A stretch of DNA of 64,000 bases, from positions 2,545-66,544 of the forward strand of contig CAWJFD010000026.1 in assembly GCA_963841985.1 (NCBI GenBank), read 5' to 3'. The stretch is from an uncultured Actinomycetota bacterium (GTDB lineage Bacteria; Actinomycetota; Actinomycetes; Mycobacteriales; Pseudonocardiaceae). The notes beneath the pieces were generated by a model. That model saw nothing but the letters and a program-made list of their open reading frames with translations, had not been told where the DNA came from and did not search any database. The position numbers and the translations under genes were made by a program. Shown one piece after another: positions 47,176 through 57,810 of this stretch (positions within the stretch are counted from its first letter, which is position 1; each line of letters opens with the position of its first letter).

Positions 47176-47258
47176 CCGCACGATTTTGTCAGCACACCGG
47201 GGCGATGGGCAGGCGATGGGCCTGGTTCGCGCCCGGCCGCGCCTCCACACTGTGCCGC

Positions 47259-47798
47259 ATGCCCCGACTGATCGAGCCGGACGTGCGGGCGCGGGAGTCG
47301 TTCCTGGCCGCGATGGACGAGTTCGCGGCCGAGGGCAGGGCGGGCGGCGGCACGACGGTGGGCGGTGACCTCGTCGAGCACGGTGTCCGGTGGCACACCG
47401 AGGCCGGCTTCGCGGCGTACGTCGCGGAGGTGCGGGCCGAGGAGCGAGTGGCCCGCAGGCAGGGATTCGTCACCCAGACGACCCGGTGGTGGGTGGAGGG
47501 TCCGCAGGACCGCCCGGAGTTCCTCGGGCGGATCGCGGTCCGGCATCGGCTGACCGAGCAGCTGCGCCGGCTCGGTGGACACATCGGCTACGACGTGCGG
47601 CGCTCCCGCCGTCGCGAGGGCCATGCCACCGCGATGCTGCTGGCGGTGCTGCCGCTGGCCCACGGCATGGGCATCGACCCGGCCCTCATCACCTGCGACG
47701 CAACCAATGTGGCCAGCCGTCGGGTGATCGAGACCAACGGCGGGATCTTCGAGGACGAGCTCGACGGCATCCTGCGCTTCTGGGTTCCCACCCGCTGA
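47259..47798 (+). CDS. GNAT acetyltransferase
   Basis: GGHIGYDVRRSRRREGHAT, NVASRRVIETNGG. Confidence 0.9.
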   Translation: MPRLIEPDVRARESFLAAMDEFAAEGRAGGGTTVGGDLVEHGVRWHTEAGFAAYVAEVRAEERVARRQGFVTQTTRWWVEGPQDRPEFLGRIAVRHRLTEQLRRLGGHIGYDVRRSRRREGHATAMLLAVLPLAHGMGIDPALITCDATNVASRRVIETNGGIFEDELDGILRFWVPTR

Positions 47799-47955
47799 AA
47801 GCCCTGCCTTCGTCGACCGACTTCGACACCGTTGCACCTTCGTGCAAGACAAATGGATTCACGTCGAGCTCGGCGGTCCGGCGCAGGCGTGCGCCCATCC
47901 GGGTGGACGGGAGCGCCCAGCGGAACCGGCGCCGTGGACGTGGCGTTGTCGGGCC

Positions 47956-48618
47956 GTGCACCTGCTGGTCCGTCTGCTGCTCGCCCCGCTCGTCCGATTG
48001 TTGTACCGGCCCGTCGTGGTCGGCGCGGACCAGGTGCCGCGGCAGGGCCCGGTGATCATCGCCGCGAACCACCGGGCGGCCGTGGACACCGCCACGATCG
48101 CGCTCACCGCGGGGCGGCCGGTCTCGTTCCTGGGCAAGTCGGAGTACTTCACCGGCACGAGCGTGCGCGGCCGCCTCCTGGCGTCGTTGCTGACCGCGCT
48201 GGGCTACGTACCGGTGGACCGCTCGAACGCGAAAGCGGGGATGAACGCTCTGGCCGCGGCCCGTGGCGTGCTGGAATCCGGTGGCGTGTTCGCGATCTAC
48301 CCGGAGGGCACCCGGTCGCTCGACGGGCGGCTGCACCGCGGGCACACCGGCGTCGCGACCCTGGCCCTGGCCACCGGTGCCCCGGTGGTCCCCGTCGCGC
48401 TGCTCGGCACCGAACGGGTGCAGCCGGTCGGGAAGCGGTTCCCGCGGGTTCGGCGGGTGACCGTGCGCTACGGGCAGCCGCTGACCTTCGCCCGCTACGA
48501 CGGGCTGGCCGGCTCCGGGGTGATCCGCCGCGCGGTCACCGACCAGATCATGGACGCCATCGCGTCGCTGTCCGGGCAGGACTACGTCGACGCCTACCAC
48601 GAGCGCCCGGCCGCCTGA
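47956..48618 (+). CDS. Lysophospholipid acyltransferase (PlsC-like)
   Basis: NHRAAVD, IYPEGTRS, VVPV. Confidence 0.92.
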   Translation: MHLLVRLLLAPLVRLLYRPVVVGADQVPRQGPVIIAANHRAAVDTATIALTAGRPVSFLGKSEYFTGTSVRGRLLASLLTALGYVPVDRSNAKAGMNALAAARGVLESGGVFAIYPEGTRSLDGRLHRGHTGVATLALATGAPVVPVALLGTERVQPVGKRFPRVRRVTVRYGQPLTFARYDGLAGSGVIRRAVTDQIMDAIASLSGQDYVDAYHERPAA

Positions 48619-48625
48619 GGGCGCC

Positions 48626-48712
48626 GCTGTCGGGTTCGGGTGCTGTCGGGTTCGGGTGCTGTCGGGTTCGGGTGGGTTCGGTGCTGCGGGTGGTCGGGTG
48701 CTGTGGGTCGGG
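48626..48712. repeat. 16-bp G-rich tandem repeat GCTGTCGGGTTCGGGT x3 plus decayed copies
   Basis: Read directly. Confidence 0.85.
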
Positions 48713-48719
48713 CCGTCGG

Positions 48720-48858
48720 TCAGATCGTCATCGCGCCGCGGACGTCGACCAGCGCGTCGGCGCCGCCGGTGCCCTGCGCGGTCACCCGGCCCGAGGCCAG
48801 CACGTAGTAGCGCTCAGCGGCGCTCAGCGCGAACCCGACGTGCTGCACCACCCGCAGT
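48720..48858 (-). pseudogene. 3' remnant of an ABC ATPase (UrtE/LivF-like)
   Basis: Manual translation: LRVVQHVGFALSAAERYYVLASGRVTAQGTGGADALVDVRGAMTI-stop. Confidence 0.65.
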
Positions 48859-49585
48859 TCACGCCCCGGCGAGCAGCCAGTCGGTGGTGTGCCGGTACCA
48901 GGACCAGCGCCGGACCGGGCGTGGGTGCGGCACCCCGTCCAGCACCACGGTGGCCGGCTCGCAGCCCACCTGCACGGCGCGTCCCACCGCCGAGCCGTGG
49001 CCGCTGGGCGCGGTCGCCGGCACCGGGCGCATCCTCCCGTCCGGGGCCCGACGCCACCGCCCGGCGCGCACCGCCACCCCGCCCGGGCCCGGCGCGACTA
49101 CCAGCCATCCCGCGGAGCCGCGCAGCACCAGCGTCTCGTCGCTGTAGCACTCCCCGCGCGGCGTGCGGATCTCGCCGCGACCCACCAGTACCCCGCCGCC
49201 GTCGTCCCGGATCAGCGGTACCGGGCGGGCCGGCGCGTGGACGGGCCGCGGCGGCCGCGGCCCCGGTCGCCAGACGCCAGGCCGCGGTGGCGGCCGAGCG
49301 GCGCACCGGGAGGTAGGCCACCTCGATGTCCAGACGATCGGTGCGCAGCAACCGCAGAAGAACCGCAGCGAGGTCGGCGTCGGAGCCGGCCACGATCAGT
49401 CGACGGGGATCGTGCTCGGCGAGCAACGGGTCCAGCTCGGCGCGGCCGGGTCGGGTCGGGACGGTCGCTGTCGGTATGTCCGGGGCTACCGCGTGCATCC
49501 GGCGGGCGGCGTCGGGTCGCGGCCGGCGGTGTCGCTCGTCGCCAGAGCACGACACCAGCAAAATGTTCGAATCGGTCGCGAGCAC
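48859..49585 (-). CDS. Hypothetical protein divergent from purA (DAGK-like fold?; frameshifted)
   Basis: RRLIVAGSDADLAAVLLRLLR..., GRAVQVG...DGVPHPR...WYRH. Confidence 0.6.
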
Positions 49586-49623
49586 TCTGATCGGTTACCC
49601 TCCCCGCGCGGTTGCAGAGGTAG

Positions 49624-50945
<1,322 letters not shown>

Positions 50946-50963
50946 GGCGCACTCCGCGCCTGG

Positions 50964-52115
50964 TCATCGGCCATGTATCGCTTGTCCGTTCGTCAGTAGT
51001 TCGTCAGCTCCCTGGCCAAGCACCTCTGCGAGCGTGCTCGTCACAGCGGCCCGGGTCCGGTCTTCGGCGCTTGGCCACAGGTGCGCGTAGGTGCTCAGGG
51101 TGACGCTCGCGCTGGCGTGTCCGAGCGCCCGCTGCACCGTGACGACGTCGCAGCCGGACGCGATCAAGCCGGACGCGTAGAAGTGCCGGAGATCGTGCAT
51201 GCGCAGTGTCGGTAGCCCGGCCGCCGTGCGCGCCTTTCGCCACAGGTAGCCGACGCTGTTCTGGTGCAGCGGGTCGCCTGAGTCGCCGACGAACAGCCAG
51301 CGGCCCGGCTCCCGATCCGGCAGTGTGGACAGATAGGAGCAGACGAGGTCGAGCAGTCCAGCAGCGAGATAGACAGTCCGCTCGCTGCCGTGCTTGGGCA
51401 GACTGACGACCACCTTTGTGCCGATGTCCCTCTGCACCTGGCGACGGACGGCGACAGCACGGGAGCCGACGTCGATGTCCCCAACTTGGAGTGCCGCAGC
51501 CTCGCCGAGACGCAGCCCCGCGAACGCGCAGAGCGCGACGAAGACGCGGAAGACCGGGTCTGACGTGTCCAGCACTGCGCGCACCTGCGCCGGCGTTGGG
51601 AGCTTCATCGCAGCATCGGCCCTCCGAAGCCGAGGTAGGCGCACGCCCTCGCTCGGGTCAGAGACGATCAGCTTGTCCCGAACAGCGCTCCGCAGCACCG
51701 ACCGCACGTTGTTGTAGCGCTGCCGGATGGTGCTCGGCGCGAGCCCGTTCGTACCCGCTCGCAGGCCGTGCGGGACAGACTGCAGGTGCTTGATCCACGT
51801 CTCGATGTGGGAGCGACGGAGCAACCGAAGAGGCACGTCCGAGAACGTCACCGACCGTGCGGACAGACGCATCGCGTGCTGCGTCGTCGTCGCCCACAGC
51901 TGACGTGCCGCCCACTGCTCGAAGTAGGCGCCGAACGTCACCCGGCCGGCGTTGGGGTCGCCGTAGTTGCCGCTGACGAGCGCGGTGGTCTGCTCGTCAA
52001 GCCAGCGTTGCGCGTCAACCTTCCGGCGGGTGGTGCGGGTGATCTGCTTGCCTCCGGGCACTGGCCGGTACTGCGCCTGCCAGCGGCCGTCAGCGAGCTT
52101 GCGAACGCTGGGCAT
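50964..52115 (-). CDS. int: Tyrosine integrase, open frame
   Basis: GLRLGEA, PKHG, MHDLRH, LGH...TLSTYAH. Confidence 0.95.
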   Translation of the reverse strand: MPSVRKLADGRWQAQYRPVPGGKQITRTTRRKVDAQRWLDEQTTALVSGNYGDPNAGRVTFGAYFEQWAARQLWATTTQHAMRLSARSVTFSDVPLRLLRRSHIETWIKHLQSVPHGLRAGTNGLAPSTIRQRYNNVRSVLRSAVRDKLIVSDPSEGVRLPRLRRADAAMKLPTPAQVRAVLDTSDPVFRVFVALCAFAGLRLGEAAALQVGDIDVGSRAVAVRRQVQRDIGTKVVVSLPKHGSERTVYLAAGLLDLVCSYLSTLPDREPGRWLFVGDSGDPLHQNSVGYLWRKARTAAGLPTLRMHDLRHFYASGLIASGCDVVTVQRALGHASASVTLSTYAHLWPSAEDRTRAAVTSTLAEVLGQGADELLTNGQAIHGR

Positions 52116-52194
52116 CAGGTTCTCGCATGGACGACGGCGGCCACCCATGAGCGGACGTCCTCACGGCCGGCGGACAGCTTGCGGATGCTCGCCA

Positions 52195-52383
52195 TCACGC
52201 ACTCGCCCGGAGCTGCGCCGCCACCCAGGCACGTACGTCCTCCGGCCGGTACCGCACGTAACGCCCGACCCGGACCCCGCGCGGCCCGTAGCCGGTCGAC
52301 CGCCACTGGTACACCGTCTGCACCGGGACCCCGAGGTAGGCGGCCACGTCCTTGACGCCCCACAGCCGGTCCGCGCAGCTCAT
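52195..52383 (-). CDS. xis: Excisionase (HTH_17/AlpA-like)
   Basis: LWGVKDVAAYLGVPVQTVYQWR...GPRGVRVGRYVRY. Confidence 0.9.
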   Translation of the reverse strand: MSCADRLWGVKDVAAYLGVPVQTVYQWRSTGYGPRGVRVGRYVRYRPEDVRAWVAAQLRASA

Positions 52384-52853
52384 GCCGCTGCCTTCCTGGT
52401 GGTCGCTGTCCTGGTGGTCGCTGTCCTGGTGGTCGCTGTCCTGGTGGTCGCTGTCGTGCGGCAGTGGCCCCGGTGTCGTTCGGCGATGGCGGCGGCGAGT
52501 TCGCGTTCGCCGTCGTCGCGGTGTCCGAATGGACGGGCCACCAGTCGTTGATCACGGTGACGGTGTCCAGGTCGATCAGGTGGGGCTCCTCTGCGTCGCT
52601 CAGGGCGTCGAGGCTGGCCCGAAGGCGGTGGGTGCGCCGTTCGGAGCGGATCGCCGTGAAGGTGGTGGAGAAGCGCCGGGACTTGGTCAGGAAGTGGCCG
52701 CGGAAGCCGAGCATGTGCGCCCACCGGCGCAGTTGGAGCCCGGTGTAGTCGGATCGGCCGCCGAGCTGCCACGCGGTGGTGATCATGCGACGGTGGTGGT
52801 CGGGTAGCCGCAGGTGCTCGACGTGGGTGATGTCGCGGATCGGCCGGTCGGTC
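52380..52853 (-). pseudogene. repSA: 3' fragment of RepSA
   Basis: DHHRRMITTAW, LRRWAHMLGFRGHFLTKS, VINDWWP; N-terminal two-thirds missing. Confidence 0.88.
52395..52454. repeat. 15-bp tandem repeat CCTGGTGGTCGCTGT x4
   Basis: Read directly; encodes TATTR repeats at the RepSA C-terminus. Confidence 0.9.
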
Positions 52854-53099
52854 ATCCTCGCCATCGCCCCGGACGCCGAGGTGCTGGCTGCCGACCGCGC
52901 TGCCTGGTCGCGTGCTATGGCGGACGCACTACAGCCGTTCGCTCTCGACGCCGGAACCTACGTGAACGGGATGGCCGAGCAGGACGACCGTCGGGTACGC
53001 GCCGCGTACGGAACGAAGTACGAGCGGTTGGCTCGGATCAAGGCCGACTACGACCCGGGCAACGTCTTCCACCGGAACATCAACATCAAGCCGGCCTGA
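52853..53099 (+). pseudogene. 3' fragment of FAD-linked oxidase (BBE domain)
   Basis: GTYVN...AAYG.KYERLARIKADYDPGNVFHRNINI. Confidence 0.85.
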
Positions 53100-53151
53100 T
53101 CGATCCTGGGGCGGCAATGTGATCATAGGGGCGCGGTTAGACGATCTCCGT

Positions 53152-53321
53152 TAGTCTCAGTCATAGTCTCATTCGGCTCCGTCCGGGCGCGTTCGTCGAC
53201 ATCGGGGCAGGGTGCGAGCATGCAGATTGAGACGCTGGCGACAGCGGCAGAACGACCGTCGGCAGATCTCGAAAGCGTGTGAGGTCTCGAGCCTTCGTGG
53301 CGTCACGTCCAGTGCTACCGC
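53152..53321 (+). repeat. att-like module 1: TAGTCTCA doublet plus decayed 3' half of tRNA-Ser(CGA)
   Basis: Doublet at 53152 and 53164; CTCGAAAGCGTGTGAGG at 53268. Confidence 0.75.
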
Positions 53322-53339
53322 GCTACCCGCCCTTCATGC

Positions 53340-53810
53340 TTGGCTGGACAAGTGGCAGCGCGTTGGGACGGTGACCAGACCGGTCGAGGGGTGGGAAGCG
53401 CTGCGCAGCTCCTGACCGGCGCCAGCGAGCTGATGGCAGCGTTCGGCCAGCCCGACTGGGTGGCAGAACAGCCCGAGCTGCATCTCCTACCACACGTAGA
53501 AGCATGGTGTCGCCAGGACCGAAGACTCGCACTGACCGGCACCCACACTGACGACAGCCGCGCCTACGTCCTCGATCTCGAATGGCGTAGCACGACGGGC
53601 AGCGTCGGGGCCATAAGAGCGGCTGTCTTCTCGCTGATCGGCTCCTTTGCGGAGAGCGCGACCTATGTTCGCCAGCGCCGTGCGGCGAGCGACGATAGCG
53701 GCCCGGCGTCGGAGCTCCAGTTCGAGGTCGGCACCGGTGAGTTCGCTCCCGGAGCACGCTTCCTGCCCCATGGTCACGTCGTCCTGATCAACGTGGTCGG
53801 CATCGTGTAG
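53340..53810 (+). CDS. Hypothetical cargo protein
   Basis: 156 aa ORF; WVAEQPELHLLPH, FAESATYVRQR, F.PHGH. Confidence 0.7.
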   Translation: MAGQVAARWDGDQTGRGVGSAAQLLTGASELMAAFGQPDWVAEQPELHLLPHVEAWCRQDRRLALTGTHTDDSRAYVLDLEWRSTTGSVGAIRAAVFSLIGSFAESATYVRQRRAASDDSGPASELQFEVGTGEFAPGARFLPHGHVVLINVVGIV

Positions 53811-53849
53811 CCAGGGTCGCCCGGTCGCCAGCCGGCCTCTGGCTCCCGG

Positions 53850-53985
53850 TGAGTGACTATCTGAGTACCAACCATTGCGCGACTTTCCGGATCATGCCGG
53901 ACGCTGACGGACTCTTGACCAGCATTCGTCGTGACAGCGGCACAGGTCGCAACCTCCCATCGGGTGCCTGGCAGGCAAGAAGTCA
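53850..53985 (+). repeat. att-like module 2: TGAGTGAC/TGAGTACC doublet plus tRNA-Ala(GGC)-like core
   Basis: Doublet at 53850 and 53862; GCCTGGCAGGCAAGAAGTCA at 53966. Confidence 0.6.
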
Positions 53986-54048
53986 AACTTCGCTCGCCCG
54001 ATCAGGATATCAGTAAAGCATGATAGTTGTTGTGTGGTGATTAACTGC

Positions 54049-54666
54049 TCACCCTCGACATCTAATAGTCGCTCCGCCTGAATACTCGTTTGAATCCACA
54101 GGCTTGAAGGTAATAGTGATCCCCGTCCTCGACTTCTTAATCTTCTTAATATTTTCCTGGCCGTGCTGAATTGAGTAGCTAACGAAAGTTCCGCCAGGAT
54201 CACATGTAAGAGTGACGGTCAGACCGTTGGGATTGCCACCCCACTCATCTCCAACGCTATAATAGACGGGCGTCTTTTCGCACCTCACGGTGAGCGTCAC
54301 GCTATTCCAGCCTTCCTTTCCGTTAACAGAAATGAATGCGCCCCACCTGAAGTCTGCACCATCCTCAGGCTGGAAGACTCCGATAACTCTCAAATTAACC
54401 ACGTCGCGTTTGGCAGTACCGTACGACGTCTTACGGTTGATCTTTGCCGAGCCTGTGAGGATCTTGTCGCCTGGGTTGCACGCGACAGACTTCGCTTCGC
54501 TGTCCGGACCGATATAGCCAGGGCCTTCCGGTCCCGCGGTCCCGTTGTAAGGGCCCACAGTGCGTGTCACCGTGTACCTGCTGGATGTTGCCGCAGTGGC
54601 AGTACCAGCTAGTGCTAGCCCAAGCACTGCGCTCACAGATATAGCTAACAGGATCAGACGGCGCAT
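54049..54666 (-). CDS. Secreted beta-rich hypothetical protein, lower GC than the flanks
   Basis: Signal peptide ...ATA-A, four Cys, RBS AAGGAAG. Confidence 0.8.
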   Translation of the reverse strand: MRRLILLAISVSAVLGLALAGTATAATSSRYTVTRTVGPYNGTAGPEGPGYIGPDSEAKSVACNPGDKILTGSAKINRKTSYGTAKRDVVNLRVIGVFQPEDGADFRWGAFISVNGKEGWNSVTLTVRCEKTPVYYSVGDEWGGNPNGLTVTLTCDPGGTFVSYSIQHGQENIKKIKKSRTGITITFKPVDSNEYSGGATIRCRG

Positions 54667-54879
54667 AGGTTCTTCCTTTGCATTGGCCGGTCGCCCCTCA
54701 CGAGGCAGCTCGATCCCGAACTCGATATCAGGAGTTCAGGTGTTACCAACGAGCGCGCAATAGCGCCGAACGTGTCCCGGAACCCAACCATTCGATGGGT
54801 AGGTGAGTCAGGGAAGTTACTGACAGTGAAGCGGCGCGTAGCACGATAGGGCGCCGGTGACTACAGTAAGCGCGAAGCC

Positions 54880-55053
54880 TAACCACAATCGTAACCTCGG
54901 CCCGCCAGCAATTCAGCGGATCAGGCTGAACGGCCATGAACGCGTAACCAGCATGTATCCAGGCGGCCGGACTACCTTGCGAGCAAAGTGCATGCCCTCG
55001 CCGGGCAGGCAGATCAACAGGATGGCCGTTCCGGCAGCGGGACGGGCTCGGGG
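54880..55053 (+). repeat. att-like module 3: TAACCAC/TAACCTC doublet plus ~80-bp element copy 1
   Basis: Doublet at 54880 and 54892; CCTTGCGAGCAAAGTGCATGCCCTCGCCGGGCAGGCAGATCAACAGG at 54975. Confidence 0.7.
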
Positions 55054-55295
55054 ACCAGCGGGCGGAGCAGGTACCGGATCGCGGGACCGCCCGCAATGAC
55101 CCGGCTCGCCGGCTGGAGCCGCGTCGCGGGTTCGGCCCCGTCATCGACCGCAACCTCCGGACGGCCACGTGCAGCACGCGCGCAAGGTCGGAGCTTCGCG
55201 GGATCTCGCGAAGCCACCGTCGCGGGCCAGCGTGCGAACTGACTGCGCCAGAGAGGGGATCGACGAGACGTCACGTGAGCCCCAGTGCGGCTTGG

Positions 55296-55432
55296 CGGAG
55301 CAAACCCGGAGCGACCCACCTGCGAGCACATGTCACGCGCCGGGATGCAGCAGCAGGAAGCCGCAGGTCGCGCGTCACGCAACGGCACCAGGCATCAGTA
55401 CTCGAGAGCCCGCGTCCGTGTTCACACCGAAG
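55296..55432 (+). repeat. att-like module 4: CGGAGCAAACC/CGGAGCGACCC doublet plus tRNA-Val(CAC)-like core
   Basis: Doublet at 55296 and 55307; GTTCACACCGAAG at 55420. Confidence 0.6.
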
Positions 55433-55482
55433 TGCTCATGCCATTGCCGGCCGGCGGCGTTGGGCGACGAGCACGGGGTTGA

Positions 55483-55920
55483 TCAGTCCGCTGGCTCCGT
55501 CCCAGGAAGATGACCAAGCTGGCCGAGGATTGTCATGTTGTCCCAGGTCACCCAGAACTCCGCGATTCGGCCTTCCCGCATGCGGGCGACCCCGGCGAAG
55601 CTGAACTTGGTCTTCCTGCCGGTGGCCGGGAAGGGGCCAAGGTCTCCCGTCTGAGTGCCCTCATAGGTCGCCCAGAACCCGGCTATGTCGCCCTCGGCTA
55701 TGACCTGCTCGAAGGTCTGTACGTTGTCCGGGAAGGAGAGCGTGTACGCCCGGAGGAACTCCTTGAAGTCCTCCCGGCTGTCGACGACGACGTCCGGAGT
55801 TGGCTCGCAGTGCCGAGCGAAGTCGTCGGTCAGGATGTCGTCCAGCTGCTCCAGCTTCCGGGAGTTCATCGCCTCGGCGAGTCGGCGGAAGAGGTCGCGG
55901 GTGTGCTCGGTGTTGGTCAT
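55483..55920 (-). CDS. SnoaL-like ester cyclase (NTF2 fold)
   Basis: SFPD...IAEGD...GTQTGDLGPFPATGR...GRIAEFW. Confidence 0.9.
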   Translation of the reverse strand: MTNTEHTRDLFRRLAEAMNSRKLEQLDDILTDDFARHCEPTPDVVVDSREDFKEFLRAYTLSFPDNVQTFEQVIAEGDIAGFWATYEGTQTGDLGPFPATGRKTKFSFAGVARMREGRIAEFWVTWDNMTILGQLGHLPGTEPAD

Positions 55921-56137
55921 GGCAAGCACCTTTCGATCAGGACGAGTGCGTGATCAAGCTGTGCGAACCGCCGGCGGGCTGGCGTTGGAAAAGAGGCCGG
56001 GGACATTGCCGAGCTGCCGCAGCGACCCGTCCCACCATGACAGCCGAGTGTCTGCAGGGCAACGACCGAATACCGCCTGTACCTGGGACCGGACACCACC
56101 AACACGCTGGTCCCCAACCTGATCATCAGGCAGGCGT

Positions 56138-56273
56138 TGAGTGACGAACTGCGTGACAATCGTGCCGCACAACTGGAAGTCAGCACGGACGCCAGCGGAC
56201 ATCACTCGCCCGGCTACCAGCGCGTTGAGCCTTTCTACCGACTTCAGTCAGTTGCTTCGGGACGAAGAAGTCG
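56138..56273 (+). repeat. att-like module 5: TGAGTGAC/TGCGTGAC doublet plus tRNA-Pro(CGG)-like core
   Basis: Doublet at 56138 and 56150; TTCGGGACGAAGAAGTCG at 56256. Confidence 0.75.
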
Positions 56274-56372
56274 CACGCATATTACCCGCGCCGCTGATCG
56301 GCGCCGCTAGATACCTAAAGTCGGAAAATCGAGGTGGCGCTTACGGCTGCACCCGCCACGGAAGCGCTTGGC

Positions 56373-57203
56373 CTAGGAGCGCATCGGCTCCATCTCGTTC
56401 ATCTGGTCGGTTCCGGGAACAGTGAGGGCCGGGATCGCGTGGGGAGCGGCGAGCACTAGTACGCCGAGGGTGAGCAGCACGAGCGCGGTCCCGTAGGTCG
56501 CGACGCGGCGCCACGGCAGGGTCTTCTCGATGGCGATCAATCCGGCGACGAAGGCCATCCAGGTGAGACTCATGACCCCCAACGCGAACAGTGACGCCAT
56601 CAGGGCCCAGCAACACCCGACGCACCAGGCGCCGTGCTTCGCACCCATCCGCAGCGCACCCCGGCGGCCGTCACGCCAGGAGCCGAGCAGGAAGCCGAGC
56701 GGGCTGCGGCATTTGCCGAGGCAGACGTCCTTGAGGGGGGTCAGTTCGTAGATCGCCGCGACGACGAGGGTGGCGCCCGCGACCCAGCGCCCCGCGCGGT
56801 CCCATGCGAGCACGTCGCCCGCAGTCTGGCCCAGGATCGCTGCGAGTGTGAAGGCGCCCAGACCGGCGGCGGCCCACGTGATCAGATAGCCCGCCGCGAA
56901 CAGCAGCGGCGAGAGTGGAGATCGCTGCTTGGTCATGCGGGAGTACAGCGCGATCGTCGGGGCGACCGAGGGGAACATCATCGCGGCCATCATCACGACC
57001 CAGATCCCGAGGAACCAGCCCAGCGCTCCAAGGCCGGTCCACGGCCCCTGGTCCATGCCCCGCATCTGCTGGCCCGTCCACCACCAGCCGACGCCGGCAA
57101 GGGCAAGCAGCGCGGCGACCAGCCCGAGCCGGACACGTACGGCGGCGAACGCCGGCGCGAGACCGCCGGCTTCGGTCGGGTGTTTCTGCGCCGGGGCGCT
57201 CAT
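56373..57203 (-). CDS. DUF2182 predicted metal-binding integral membrane protein
   Basis: WVVMMAAMMFP, PLKDVCLGKCRSP, CVGCCWALM. Confidence 0.9.
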   Translation of the reverse strand: MSAPAQKHPTEAGGLAPAFAAVRVRLGLVAALLALAGVGWWWTGQQMRGMDQGPWTGLGALGWFLGIWVVMMAAMMFPSVAPTIALYSRMTKQRSPLSPLLFAAGYLITWAAAGLGAFTLAAILGQTAGDVLAWDRAGRWVAGATLVVAAIYELTPLKDVCLGKCRSPLGFLLGSWRDGRRGALRMGAKHGAWCVGCCWALMASLFALGVMSLTWMAFVAGLIAIEKTLPWRRVATYGTALVLLTLGVLVLAAPHAIPALTVPGTDQMNEMEPMRS

Positions 57204-57207
57204 CGGG

Positions 57208-57810
57208 TCAGGCGGCCCAGGAGAACTCGGAGGTGGACAGAGCGGTCTTGCCCTCGTACTGGATGCCGAAGGCGTTGATCCGCGTGTGCTGCGCCTCGGC
57301 CATCGTCAGGTTCGAGCCGGCCGGGTGGAACATGCCGTCGAACCGGACCGGTTGACCGGTCTCGACTCCGAACGGCACGATGTCCTGGACCTCGAACTCG
57401 ATCGCGTCCCCGACGCGGACGCTGTGCAGGATCCCGTTGTCGCGGATCTCGATCGCCGCCCGCTCGATCCCGACGACCTCGCCCACGAGTGGTGCGAGCC
57501 CGGCCATCGGGCCCCCGAGCTGTCCGCCGAAGACTTTGACCAGCTTGTCGAATTGCTCGTCGGTGGCCTGGTCGTCGATGAACATCCCGAGCCGCCAGTT
57601 GCCGTCGGTCATGACTTTCGGTGTGTCGATGATCGCGACCACGCTGCGGCCCCGGACGTCAGTTCCATCGACCTCACCCTCGCGGATGTTGAAGGCCATG
57701 GTGGCGCGGCAGAAATCGTAGGTGGCGCCGTGGTCCAACGTAAGGTTGCACGGGCACATCAGCTCACACGAGCAGGTCTCGACGAAGCTACCTTTGAGGT
57801 TCCACGACAT
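57208..57810 (-). CDS. DUF1326 family protein
   Basis: WNLKGSFVETCSCELMCPC...C; usual neighbour of DUF2182. Confidence 0.9.
   Translation of the reverse strand: MSWNLKGSFVETCSCELMCPCNLTLDHGATYDFCRATMAFNIREGEVDGTDVRGRSVVAIIDTPKVMTDGNWRLGMFIDDQATDEQFDKLVKVFGGQLGGPMAGLAPLVGEVVGIERAAIEIRDNGILHSVRVGDAIEFEVQDIVPFGVETGQPVRFDGMFHPAGSNLTMAEAQHTRINAFGIQYEGKTALSTSEFSWAA

Noticed and set aside
50964-52115. Classical integron integrase with attC sites
   Set aside because: The protein looks like a phage/AICE integrase with an N-terminal arm-binding region and adjacent xis; I saw no IntI-type insertion and no RYYYAAC...GTTRRRY hairpins
53268-53321. Functional tRNA-Ser gene
   Set aside because: No 5' half and the T-loop is degenerate; treated as an att relic
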